From IMG/VR virus record IMGVR_UViG_3300010998_000026, positions 12,142 through 76,141 of that record: 64,000 nucleotides of DNA. One strand, 5' to 3'. Shown here piece by piece: positions 1 to 12,489 of the stretch. The notes under the pieces are model-generated. The model did no database searches. It saw only the letters and a list, made by a program, of their open reading frames with translations, and was not told the origin of the DNA. Source of the stretch: a virus. Lineage: Duplodnaviria > Caudoviricetes. The translations under genes were made by a program, and so were the position numbers. How positions within the stretch are numbered: position 1 is the first letter of the stretch; each line of letters starts with the position of its first letter.

Positions 1-3000
1 CAGAAGTTCAAGCTTCTAATCCATATATGATGGCTTGGATTGACGGTGTTATGACTTCTGCGCGTCCATATGATGGCAACTTTGTACAAAATACTCCTTC
101 AAATATTATTATTGGTTCTGATGATTGTGATGTATATATTTATTTAGTAAAATATTATCCTAATGTATTAACTATTGCTGACCATATTTCTAATTTTTTT
201 TCAGATGCTCCAAATGCTACTGAAATGGTTCGCCGCTATGAAAGAAATAATATTCTTGATGAAGATGGCGATATTGATTTTAATGCATTAGCAAATAAAA
301 ATAAAGATTGCCGTGTATGGTTATACGATATTCCTCGTATGACTACTGGTAAGAAAGATTATGTTGGTGGAGTAGGATTTTAGCAAATTTATAAAAATGG
401 TACTGCTTATTAGGACAATCTACATGGTGTAGGTACATTAACAGTACAAGGAACTTCTTCTGTAAACTATCGTAAAGGCGCGGCAAATACTGATATAAAT
501 TTCTATGATACAAAAGATGAAGGTCGTTTAGCATTATGTGAACTTTATGATGGTCAAAATAATGATTTATTATATAATATAGTTAATGGTGAAAAAGTTC
601 TTAAACCGGAAAATGAAAGGGGTTTTAAAATTAATACGGATTCAGTTCCAATTACATATTCTAATATGAAAGTTAACTTTGCTTCTTGTGAGCAAGTAAA
701 TAATATGTGTAATGCTGAATGGTATCAACAATTTTAGCCTTATCCAAGTTTAAGCCCTCGTGATTGTATGGAATTTAGCATGGGTGTTCAATTTATTCAT
801 GATAGAGGTGAAAATGAGCCTTCTGGCGAAGTAATTTTATTTAATGAAAAAACTAATAGACAAGCAAATAAATATTATATGTATTCTATTGGTAATTTAG
901 GAACTTCTAAGAAAAATACTCATATTTTCCATAATGAAAATGAATGCTGTGTTGAAGTAATGAATAATCAAAACGCGGGTTGCCGTATGATTTCTATTCC
1001 TTCAGATTTATAGGCAGACTATACTGCTTATCAAAATGAGCAATATGAAAGTATGACTAATTATGATTGGGGTGGAGATAATAAAGCAAAAGACCACTCT
1101 TATGAAATGCGTTTCCCAGATACTAAAAATCCATCTAAAGAAATTAAGGCTGGTTGGGCGCGCTTTGTAAAATGGATGGCTGATAACAATCCTAACGCAG
1201 CAACTAATACAGCATTAAATTCTCCGGAAACTTATGCTCCTTATACATTTAAAGGCCATAAACGCCAAGGAACACAAGTACTACGTGGTACAACTGTCAA
1301 TCAATATGCCGGCACTTATACAACTGATAGCTTTGAACGTCGTATGGCAAAAATGTTATCTGAATGTGAAGACTATATGGCAATGGACTCTGTTATTTAT
1401 CATTTCTTATTCATTGAACGCCATACTATGGTTGATAATGTATCTAAAAATACATTCTGGTCTGCTATGAAAACTAATCAATATATTAATGGTATAGAAC
1501 AACCAGATACAGAAGGATATTGGATTTGGGATTTAAGTAAAAATTATGATAATGACACTTCTGATGGTAATAATAATGAAGGCCAATTAATATTTGATTA
1601 TGGTAATGAGGCGAATGATAGACAAGATGGAAAAGCAATATTTAACGCCGCGGATGCAGTTTGGTTTGTTTTCAGTAGTAATTTATACGAAGCTTGTTAG
1701 GTTATGTTCCAAAATCGCGAAGCCGCGACTTCTAAGAACGGTAAATGGCAAAATGCTTGGAATGCTTCTGTTTATCATACTTATTTATTAAATGAATAGC
1801 GAAAGATTCCAGAACGCGTTTGGAATGAATGTTATTGGTATGATTATTTACGTACTTATGAAACAGGTAAAGTATATAATGAAGAAACAGATCAAGATAC
1901 TCAAATTATTGATAAATCTTGGATTACATTCCTCGATGGTGGGCAAAAAATACATCAGCGTAAACATTATGAAACATTTGAAGAATTATATGATGCTTCT
2001 AAATATCGTAGTAATTTTTCTACTGCTAATACAGTTACATTACGTGGCTATACTCCTGATAATGACGATCCTAGTTTAGATGCAGTACCTGCGAAATCTG
2101 AAATTTCAGTTAAAATGTACAATAAATGTTATTTAACTGTACATTTTGATGATAATATAGAAACATAGAAAGCAGGAAAAGGAGAATTAGTAACATTAAG
2201 ATTTTTAGAAAATGGTCAATATATGCATCTTTCTGATGTAGTTATTAAGATTGATACTGCTTCTATGATACAAGAAATTGGTGATTTAGCTCCTTTATAC
2301 CCGGGACAAGCATCTTTTAGCGCGGCAACTCGTCTTCGTTCTATTAAAATTGGTGATTCTACTCCTGGATATAATAATCCTCATATTACAAATACAGAAA
2401 CTGGTACCGTAGATTTTGGCGCGAATTATATGTTAGAACATTTAGAAGTACAAAATCTATCTAATGCTAATTAGCCATTAAGATTAGCTGATTGTCCTGC
2501 TCTTACATATCTTGACGCGCATGGCTCTAGTTTTACTAGTATTACATTTGCTAATGGTGGATTATTAAATGAAGTATATCTTAATAATCCTACTAGTTTA
2601 GAAATGCGTAATTTAGATTTCTTAAGTAATGAAAATTTCCATTTAACAGATCCTACTTCTGTATTAGAATTACGATTAGAAGGATGTAAACTTTTTAATA
2701 ATTTATCACTTATTGAAAGTTTAACTAATTTAAATATTATTAGATTAGTTGGAGCTAATTGGACATTAAATAATAATACATTATTAGAAAGATTAGTTAA
2801 TATCATGGGTATGGATGAACGTGGTTATACTATTAATCAATCTTATCTTGCTGGTACAGTTAGTTTAACTGGTACTGTATATAGTGGTGATTATATTAAA
2901 TATACAAATGCTTGGAGTCCAGATTTAGTTATTGATGTTTCACAAGCAACTAATTATATTTAGTAGCGTTTAATTACTTATAAAAACTATGATGGTACAG

Positions 3001-5129
3001 TTTTACATACTAGATATATAAATTAGGGACAACAATTAATAGATGTTGTTGCCGCGGGAATAATTGATACTCCTCAAAAAGCACCAGATATACAAAATCA
3101 ATATACTTTTGGTGAATATATTTCTGGTGAATGGTAGCCATTTACTGGTTGGAGAGAAGAAAATGATTCAGTTTCAATTTATAGAAAATATAATGGTATT
3201 ATTCCAACAGTAGGAAATAGTGATATTATATTATATACTGTATATTCTTCTACTCCACAACAATATACTGTACGTTGGATGGTTGGCTCTACTGAAATTA
3301 GTAGTGTATAGGGCCAAAATTATGGCGGAGGATATAATTTATATGCTCCAACTATTAAAGATGTATAGTTAAAAACTGATACATATACATTCCATGATAA
3401 TGGTAATGGAACTTGTAGTTATAGTATTATGACTGGATGGGATAAATTACCAACAAATATTGCTCCAACACAATTAGGAGTACCATATGATATTAATGCT
3501 ACCTGGCTAACAAGAACAAATGTGAATTATAATACTGTTTTAACAAGTAATGATTATAGTGTAGAAGAAAAATTACTTATACTAAAATGTATGAGTGTAC
3601 CTCGTGGTTAGTTGAATATTCTAGATATGTATTCAGTCGCGATGGGATATGATGGTACTAAACCAGCAATTGATCTATTGGCCACGCCAAAACGATATAG
3701 AGGAACCGCTGATAGTCCAATTACTACTTATACTCCATTTAGTTTAAATAAGAGTTTCACTATTGCTATTGATTATCGTTTCGATCCAATACAAAATAGT
3801 TCAGTTAATGAAGCAGTATTATTATCTTGTTATAAAGAAGTTGGTAGTTCAAAATATGGATTTAAATTATTCTATAATCCAAGCGCGGATACGATTGCTC
3901 CTCAAATTAGTTTTGGTAGCACTGATATTATTAGTGATACAAATGTATTTAGACTTAATTCAACAATAGACAAACGTGGTATAGTTGTACTAAAACACCG
4001 TGCAGGTGAACCAACTCTTTATGTTTATTCCGGAACAAATTCTTCCGGCTTAATTACAGATTATGACCCAAATGCTTTTAGACATACACTAAGTGTATCT
4101 GGTTCAACTGAAACAGACGCAAACATTATTTTAGGTGGAGTTAATTCTAATAGCACTAGTACAATAAATGCTACTGGTACTTTATATTCTGTAAAATACT
4201 GGGAAGAAGATTTAGGTGAAGGTGAATGTGTATAGCTTGCTAATTGGTGTCATGAAACAATGCACTTTGCTGTGGCTGATTTCTATGAAAATAGTACACA
4301 TAGTGGACTTCCTTCTGGTAGTAATATATTATTACATACTATGAATGCTTCTCAAATGGGTACTATTAGTGTTGATCAAATAAACTTTGCTAATGATTCA
4401 GTTGGTTGGGATCCATCTACAATTAGAACATTCTATAATAATCGTATCTATCAAGGATTACCAACAATGATGCAGAGTATTGTTACACGCGCGAATATTA
4501 ATCATATTAAAGCCTATAAATCAGATGGACAATATGCAATAGGAACCAGAACTGATCCTACTTTAGATTATATTTTTGCTCCAAGTTTCAAAGAAGTAGA
4601 AACTTCTTCTAATGATAGTAATAAATATAATGGAGAAGCAGCCGGTCGCTGGGGTTGGAGCGGTTTATTAACAAAACAATATTCTGGTGGACAATTTATT
4701 ACTGCCACTGGTAATACTGATATTTATGAAAATTTACGCTTCCCATTTATGCCTATTGCAATTAGTGGTACTTAGGTATTTATAGATTATACTTCTAATA
4801 ATACCAGTTTTGAAAGTTATGCTATTTCAAATAATTTAGGGTTAAAGACTGGTGATATTTTGGTTCCTGAAAGCCATACTGCTGCATATATTTATGTCTC
4901 TAGCAATGAAGTATCTAAGGGAGCGCCTATTACAACTTCAACAGATGCTTATCTAGCAACATCTACAGGCGCTTGGATTGAATCCACTTCTTGGTGGCTA
5001 CGTTCTACATAGCCAGAAGCATTTGGTAACACTAGGTCAAGTAAATTATCATATATTAATAACTTTAATGGTAATACTGGTTATGGTAATATAACCTCAC
5101 GCGGTATTGTCTATTCATTAGCATTATAA
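1..5129 (+). CDS. Very large virion-associated protein (5' partial) with CotH-like kinase region, LRR-like region, LamG-like and C-terminal DUF6273-like region; TAG read as Gln
   Basis: ORF fragments 27,768,1053,2223,2604,3429,3612,4260 are all in one frame and end at TAG; frame ends TAA 5127-5129. Motifs VQGTSS, KVNFAS, DSVIYHFLF..DNVSKN, YDNDT, C-terminal GWDPSTIRTF and WWLRS. Confidence 0.8.
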
Positions 5130-5143
5130 GGAGGTGAGCATTT

Positions 5144-5875
5144 ATGTTATATTATAAAATTATTTAGAATAATGAAATTTCTGGAGTGGGTAGTTTAGAA
5201 AATTTATTTAAATTTTAGCAAAAACACTCTATATTAGAGCGCACAAATGAAAAAGAAGCGGAATATATCAAATGCTCAGGAATTCTTTATCATGCTTATT
5301 GGATGAGGCCAATAAAAACAGATTTATATGAATATCTTATTGCAGACGTAATTGAAATTACGTAGCAAGAGTATGATATACTTAAACCCGCGGTTGAAAA
5401 TGCGCCCGTCTATATTGAAGAAGAGGAAGAGCCAATTGTAATTGTTAACTCAGTAAATCCTCTTGATGAAATTACTTTAGAATATGTTCGTACTTCTAAA
5501 ATTAATGAAATGTCTCGCGCATGCAATAAAACAATTGAAAATGGTTTTGATATTGAAATCGAGGGAGAAGTACATCACTTCTCCCTTGATACTCAAGACC
5601 AGCTTAATTTAATTACATTATCTGCACTAACTGATACAGAAGAAATTATTCCTTATCATGCAGATGGTGAAATTTGTAAATTTTATACTGCCGCAGAAAT
5701 GAAACAAATTATCGCGGCAGCAACAAGATTTAAGATATATCAAACGACATATTATAATGCTTTAAAGGCATATATTAATTCATTAGAAACCATTGAAGAA
5801 ATTGGTGCGATTACTTATGGTATTGAAATACCAGAAGAATTTTAGACTAATGTTCTTCGCGCGTTAAATGCTTGA
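5144..5875 (+). CDS. DUF4376-like tail fibre assembly/accessory protein (TAG=Gln)
   Basis: RBS GGAGGTG; in frame with ORF 5510; HFSLDTQDQLNL..YHADGEICKFY motif; stop TGA. Confidence 0.7.
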
Positions 5876-5900
5876 CTTTTTACCTTTTTTATGATATAAT
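5872..5900 (+). promoter_or_regulatory. sigma70/sigmaA-type promoter
   Basis: TTGACT-17nt-TATAAT with extended -10 TG. Confidence 0.8.
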
Positions 5901-5923
5901 ATAAAAAAAGGGGATGAATATAA

Positions 5924-6313
5924 ATGAATAACTGGATGCCAAATAATAATAATAATTAGCAAATTAATAATTATCCCTATAATTGGATGGCTCAATCTCG
6001 TTTGCCAGTATATCGCGCCGATCCAATTCATGGAGAAAACTCGGCCTGGTAGTTTATGATGGGGCCTAACAGTGAAATTTATTTACCTGATGATACAGAA
6101 AATATTATTTGGTGGATACGTACAGACCAGAATGGTAATCGTAGTGTAACGCCTTTTGATGTAAGTCCTCATAAAAAGCCTGAACCAATAGATATAAATG
6201 CTATTCTTACACGATTAGATTCTTTGGAGGAAAAAGTAAATGCCAAGTTTAATAAGTCAAATGCGAAACGCGCAAATGCAACAGAGTCAACCGCAGCAAA
6301 TGTCATTGAATAA
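5924..6313 (+). CDS. Conserved hypothetical protein, first gene of 7-gene cluster (TAG=Gln)
   Basis: ATG 5924 in frame with ORF 6056 through two TAGs; N/Q-rich N-terminus. Confidence 0.75.
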
Positions 6314-6527
6314 TTCTATTGCTTAGGCAAAATAGCTTATGTAGCAAATTCAAATGGCAAAAGATAAGCAACAAGCATTGGTATAGATGCTGCAAAATAA
6401 TCCAAATAGCAGTGCTATCGCACAAATGTTAAGGAACGGTAATAGTTTAGAAAGTATTGCTCGTTCTTTAGCCGCGGCGAAAGGCGTAGATATTAATGAT
6501 TTAATAAATCAATTAAAGGCGACTTAA
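6240..6527 (+). CDS. Gln/Met-rich small helical protein (TAG=Gln)
   Basis: MPSLISQMRNAQMQQSQPQQ..AQAKQLMQQIQ with four TAGs in Gln-rich context; stop TAA. Confidence 0.75.
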
Positions 6528-6548
6528 AAAGTCGCCTTTATTTTTTTT
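6516..6548 (+). terminator. Intrinsic terminator
   Basis: aaggcgactt-aaa-aagtcgcctt followed by T run. Confidence 0.8.
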
Positions 6549-6672
6549 ATCCTCGTAAAGAAAATAGAATGGTTTAGTACTGATTACTCTACCTATATCA
6601 TAGGATAGACATTTTATTGCCTATCTTTAATTGGTTTCCTTATTTATATTATTTTCTCGGAGGATGATATTT

Positions 6673-7305
6673 ATGGGTGAAAATGGATTATCTGCTTCTG
6701 ACGTTGCCTTAATGAATCGTGATGGCAATGGCTTCGGAGATGGTTGGGGTATTTGGCTATTTGCTATTCTTGCTCTAATGGGCGGTGGCTTTGGCGGCGG
6801 TTGGGGCGGTAACGCTCAACAGTATGCCACTCGTGACCAAGTACAAAACGGATTTGATACTTAGAACTTACAAGCACAAACTCGTGATATTCTCGCAGCC
6901 GTAAACTCTGGTACTGCACAAGCAGTTGCGGCAACAAATCAAGTTTTCCATGATGTTGTAAATTATGTGGGCGACAAATATATGGAATTACAGCGTGATG
7001 TAGGCGGTCTTGCTGTCGGTCAGGCTAATTTACTAGCTAATCAAAATCAATGTTGCAATGCTACTCAACAATTATTACAGCAAATGAATTATGACGCTGC
7101 AATGCGTGATGCCGCAACTAATGCTAACATTGTTGCTCAGAATCAGAAGATTCTTGATGCTATCATGGGTAATAAAATAGAAGCTATGTAGAATCGCATT
7201 AACCAATTAGAACTACAGAATCAATTACAGGGCGTTGTCCGTTACCCAAATGGTTGGACTTATAATGCTGGTAATAGTCCTTTCTGTGGTGGTTGTAATA
7301 TGTAA
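6673..7305 (+). CDS. Gly-rich membrane-anchored coiled-coil protein with Cys motifs (QNQCC, PFCGGC), common in Bacillota phages (TAG=Gln)
   Basis: RBS GGAGG; ORFs 6631 and 6967 joined through TAG; hydrophobic WGIWLFAILALMGGG. Confidence 0.8.
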
Positions 7306-7329
7306 GAGCGTATTGAGTACGCCATAATA

Positions 7330-7360
7330 GGGACGTACTAAGTGCGTCCCTTTTTTATTT
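7330..7360 (+). terminator. Intrinsic terminator
   Basis: gggacgtac-taa-gtgcgtccc followed by T run. Confidence 0.75.
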
Positions 7361-7380
7361 TACCCCACGGAGGTTTGAAT

Positions 7381-7695
7381 ATGAAAGTAATTAAACGAGT
7401 GTCAGATGATATTGAAGAACAAATTGAAATGGCATAGTGCTATGGTAAGGCCGCGATGGAATTAAAAGAAGATTATCCAGCATTGGCTGAAGTTTATGCT
7501 AAGGCCGCGGCGTAGATGTTAGATATTATGAACTCTTTCCATACTTAGATAGTAAATATCATTACTGAATACAAAAAAGCCAAAGGTGATGTACCAAAGG
7601 AAATGTAGATATTATATGATATTCTACATGAAAAGCATATTTCAGACACTATTACGGCGAAAAGTATAATCGCTTTATATAATGGAGGACGATAA
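7381..7695 (+). CDS. Small helical-bundle (ferritin/coat-like) protein (TAG=Gln)
   Basis: RBS GGAGG; MKVIKRVSDDIEEQIEMAQCY..; four in-frame TAG; stop TAA. Confidence 0.7.
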
Positions 7696-7697
7696 TT

Positions 7698-8105
7698 ATG
7701 ATACAAGCATATAGTTCTAACCTTGATGTCGCGGCCAGAGTCGCTATTCCTTTTAATAATGCTATTATAGAGAAAGGTTGCACCGCAGTTTTATCTGCAC
7801 CAGCAACAATTCAATTAAATGCTCGTGGGTTATATATGGTTTCTGTTGATGCTTATGGTGAGCCAGGAGCCGCGGGTGATGTTTCAATTCAATTATATCG
7901 TAATGGTGTTGCTTTACCACAGGCTATTAGTTCTGCTACTGGCGCGACTGGTGATCTAACAGCATTATCTTTCCAAACTTTAGTTCAAGTTTCTCAAAAT
8001 AATACCAATTGTTGTTGTTCTAGTCCTACTACTTTACAAGTAATCAATGGCGATATAGCTCTTACTGACGCTCATTGTAATATAGTAGTTACTAAGGTCT
8101 GCTAA
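7698..8105 (+). CDS. BclA-C-terminal/C1q-like beta-sandwich protein
   Basis: IQLNARGLYMVSVDA, IQLYRNGVALPQA, CCCSSPTTLQV. Confidence 0.65.
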   Translation: MIQAYSSNLDVAARVAIPFNNAIIEKGCTAVLSAPATIQLNARGLYMVSVDAYGEPGAAGDVSIQLYRNGVALPQAISSATGATGDLTALSFQTLVQVSQNNTNCCCSSPTTLQVINGDIALTDAHCNIVVTKVC

Positions 8106-8338
8106 TGAATAATAATGGGAATCTTGAGTTTCTTGATGCTTTAAATATTGCCAGCTTCTGTATTGGCCTAATGAACCTTAATTCTAATCTTACTTAGAAT
8201 GATAAATAGGAATTAGAAGAGCAACTTAATAGGTCAGTACAGAAGTTGCTTCAAGAAATTCATCAACATTTAGAATAGTAGGATAAAAAAATAGACCTTA
8301 TTTTAGAAAAAATAGGGGTGAGAGCAGATGACAATTGA
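8105..8338 (+). CDS. Small coiled-coil hypothetical protein (TAG=Gln)
   Basis: TAATG overlap with previous gene; LQEIHQHLEQQDKKIDLILEK with TAGs. Confidence 0.7.
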
Positions 8339-8885
8339 AGAAATTTTTGCTAGACTAGCTACGCATATGATAGAGGGTACAAAAATACATTGTACTATAT
8401 TTAAAGCATATGATTTTATCGGTTTATGCGGTTATGCTAAATGTCATTTATATCACTATATGGAAGAAATAAAGGGGTATGAATGTTTATTACATTATTA
8501 TTCTACTCATTATCATAAGTTATTAAATACTAATGATGTTCCTAATCCGGATATTATACCTGGAACTTGGTATAAGTATAATACAATGGAAGTTGATACT
8601 AATACAAAACGCAATACAGTAAAAACTTTGATGGAAAAATGGGTTGAATGGGAAAGAGAAACAAAGAAATTGTATTAGGAAATGTATAAAGAAGCATTAA
8701 GTATTGGCGAAGTCGCGGCCGCGAGTAAAATTAAATGTTATATTTGTGATGTTAGTGATGAACTAAAACATGCAGAAAAGAAATTAATAAAATTAGAAAC
8801 ATTAGGGTATGACATTGGGGATATTGTAAAAGAATAGTAGCCAATGTATAATAAATATAAAAAACGACTTAAACATGGGTGGTGA
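8328..8885 (+). CDS. Ferritin-like four-helix protein (TAG=Gln)
   Basis: HMIEG..H, GYAKCHLYHYMEE, KWVEWERETKKLYQ, DVSDELK; stop TGA. Confidence 0.7.
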
Positions 8886-8890
8886 TACGG

Positions 8891-11665
8891 ATGATTAGAT
8901 TAATCAACCGTCGCTTAATCATCCCACGCGGTGACACAGGAACTTTTACTGTGCCTTTAATAGCATCAGCAACTGCCGCGGACGTTGCTGTTTTTACTAT
9001 ATTTGATTGTCTAACTCATACAAAGTTGTTTTAGAAAACAATCACCACAAGTGAAGATAGTTTAACAATTGAATTTACTCATAATGATACTGTAAATTTA
9101 AAACCAGGCCATTATGTATGGGATATTAAGTTCTATAAAAATCCTGTATTCGCGGAAGAAGAGTTGGTTAATGGAGATGAAATTGACTCTTATTATGCAG
9201 GTTTCACTTTACCTGTTTGTGAAATAAGAGAAACAGGCGATGATTTATTATTATCAGATGATGCACCTACTTCTACTATGTCTCCTATGTAGTTAGATAT
9301 AATTAGTTCTGCTATTAGTGAAACTAATTTATCTAAGCGGGACGCGGCGGCATCAGCAAGCGCGGCAGCGTCCAGTGCGAACGAAGCTAGTGCTTCCGCG
9401 GCGGCGGCATTGCAAAGTTAGACTAATGCGGAAGATGCGGCAGGAGCAGCAATTAACGCAAAAAACGCGGCAATAAGTGCTTCTGAAATAGCAGTAAGTG
9501 CAAAAAGTAATGCCGAAACCGCGCAAGCCAATGCAGAAGCGGCAGCTTCAACCGCGACCTCAAAAGCAGATGAAGCATCACAAAGCGCAATGAATGCAGA
9601 AAGCGCAAAAGCGGATGCTTTAGCCGCGGTATCAGAAATTAGTAATTTACAAGTATCAGTTAGTACATTAGGACCAACAGCAAATGCAACCGCATCCTAT
9701 GATTCAAGTACTGGTATGCTTTCTCTTGGTATTCCTCGCGGCCATACTATTTCTTCTATTAATAAAACCGCGACTAATGGATTAGTTGATACTTATACTA
9801 TAACTTTTACAAATGGAAATACAACGACTTTTAACATTACTAATGGTGATTCTGGAGTTTATTATGGAACTACTGCTCCTACTAATCCTAATGTAAATGT
9901 ATGGATTGACCCAAGTGGAACTAACAATTTAGTTTCTCCTACTGTTGTAGTATCTAATATTTAGGGTGGTAAGAGAATTGCTATTACTGATATAAATGGT
10001 ACTCATAATGCAGATATTTATAATGGCGATGCAGGGCATTTATTAATTCATATTTGTACTGCGGGAGAGTATGATGCAGAAACTGGCGTACCAACAGTAC
10101 AAAATCCAGATTAGGATACTTTTTATTTAGTGCCTGGTAGAGAAAGTGGTAATTTATATATTGAATGGATGTATGTAAATAATAATTGGGAGCAGTTCGG
10201 TAGTGCGAATATTGATCTGAGTGGATATGCGACGAAGACGGATACTGTGTTGGAGACTACGTTAAGTAGAGGTAGAAAAGCCGGAACGACGATTGGGGAC
10301 GGAAGTTTTGCGTTTGGGCTTGAAGTTAAAGCAAGTGGATTGTATTCACACGCGGAGGGCGGTGCAACTTCTGCGTCTAACAGTGGTTCACATGCTGAAG
10401 GTATGTCTACATTGGCATCTGGAATATGTTCTCATGCAGAAGGTATGGCGAATAGTGCTTCTGGAAATTATTCGCATGCAGAAGGTGGAACATTTGGTTC
10501 TGGGAATAGTGCTGTTGGAACGTCTTCGCATGTGGAAGGACAAGGAAATAGCGCATTAAAGTCTAATGCGCATGCAGAAGGACAAAATAATATAGCGGCT
10601 GGTTTCCGTTCTCATGCAGAAGGCTATAATACTTATGCGTATCACGCTGATACTCATACTGAGGGAGAATTTACTATTGCAAATGGACAAGCTTCTCATG
10701 TTGGCGGTAAATATAACGTCGAAGATTCTTATGCTTTCTGGCTCGAATGGGAACCCGGAGAATACGTTGTAGGTGATAAGTGCAAAGTCACCACTATCAT
10801 AGACAATGAAACCACCGTAACTGGTTATGTTTGCAAAACCGCCAATAACGATGCTACCTTTGATGCTTCTCACTGGACAGTAGATACCTACATGAACTAC
10901 GCTGAAATCATTGGTAACGGTACCGCAAATAATGCCCGCTCTAACGCCCGTGCTCTCGATTGGGATGGCAACGAACATCTTATGGGTGACTTATATGTTA
11001 GATGTAATGCTGATTCTTCTGGTGGAACAAAACTTGCAAGAATTGGCGATATACAAATAGATAGCACAAGTATTCTAAATAATGGTACCGCAAATATCCC
11101 AATTGCTACATATGATACTTTAGGTGTAATAAAACCAAGTAGTTATGGTTTTTATATCACAAATAATGGATAGCTTAATATTGAACATGCAGAATTAAGT
11201 GAAATTAAGGCCGGAATTACTCAGAATGTAGCTCTTACTCCTTCCGCAACTAATACAATTGCTTTTTATGGATTAGCGAAGGCCGCGGGAGATACTACAT
11301 AGGCAAGTTCAAATAATGCGGTTGGGGTTTATACTGAAACAGCATTATCTAAAATTAATACTATGTTAGATGCACCTGTTTCTGTATCTGGTACAACTCC
11401 GACAATTACGGCGATGGCGGGAGTGCAATACGTTTGCGGAGAAGTTGATACTTTGGCAATCACTGTCCCAGAATCTGGATGCTTTGATGTGGTTTTTGAG
11501 AGCGGGAGTACCGCTACTGTGTTAACATTCACTCTTCCAACCGGGTATACGTTAGAATGGGCGAATGATTTTGATGATACGTCGCTTGATGCTGATACGA
11601 CCTATGAAATTAATATTAAGGTTGTTGGGACGAAATGTCTGGGGGTGGCGGCGGCATGGATGTGA
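8891..11665 (+). CDS. Tail fibre protein: BppU-like N-terminus, Ala-rich stalk, YadA-head-like SHAEG repeats (TAG=Gln)
   Basis: ORFs 9590,10130,11363 share one frame with ATG 8891; repeated SHAEG motifs. Confidence 0.8.
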
Positions 11666-12384
11666 TGAGTTTGAGAAGGGCTATTATACAAGCACCCACG
11701 AAGTTCCCACTCTTAAAATACTGGTGGTGTGGTGATGACGCACCAGTAAATAATCAATGGATTGATCGTGTTAGCGGGTGGGCATTTACAATATATGGAG
11801 ATAATGTTTATAATAATGATGATAAGCAATATGATTTTATAGAATCATCGCAATATGCAACCGCTACAAAACCTAATACTCCTCCTGGTTTTTCAATTGG
11901 TCATCATTGGATATTTAAATTTGATATTTGGGTTAATCGGTATAAAAGTGCTAATGCAACATACTTTTTTGATATAGGATCTGTAAATAGTTCTTCTAAA
12001 GCTATTGGATTTGGAATAGGTACAAGAACTAATGATAGTGATGCTGGTGCGCCATATAAAATATTAAATTGGAAGATGAAAGGAAATTCAAGTAATCCAT
12101 TTTTAGGCAGTACAGAAATGCATCCAGCGTTACCATTACAACCAATGACTGAATTTGTACACGCAATAGGCTCTTATAAAATGGTCGATGGCGGTAATGG
12201 TTATGATAAATTTATTGCGACGATCAATGGACAAACTATGCATTTTACAACAAATGTCCCGCAAGTTGAGTATGGGCCAACTTGGAGTCCGGATATATTA
12301 CGTATGGCTCAATCAGCATATAATATTGGATCATATAAAGCTTCGTGCAAAATAAAAGATATAAAATTCTATGTAATAGATTGA
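11656..12384 (+). CDS. LamG/concanavalin-like putative receptor-binding protein
   Basis: Aromatic beta-rich ORF without TAG, overlapping the previous stop. Confidence 0.65.
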   Translation: MDVMSLRRAIIQAPTKFPLLKYWWCGDDAPVNNQWIDRVSGWAFTIYGDNVYNNDDKQYDFIESSQYATATKPNTPPGFSIGHHWIFKFDIWVNRYKSANATYFFDIGSVNSSSKAIGFGIGTRTNDSDAGAPYKILNWKMKGNSSNPFLGSTEMHPALPLQPMTEFVHAIGSYKMVDGGNGYDKFIATINGQTMHFTTNVPQVEYGPTWSPDILRMAQSAYNIGSYKASCKIKDIKFYVID

Positions 12385-12489
12385 TAGGAGAAAAAACAAT
12401 GTGTAACATCTTCATCATATCTACGGCTCAGACGGTCATTAGACATAAATAAATTGTATTTCCAAATCCCGTAAGGAGATGAAAAAACA

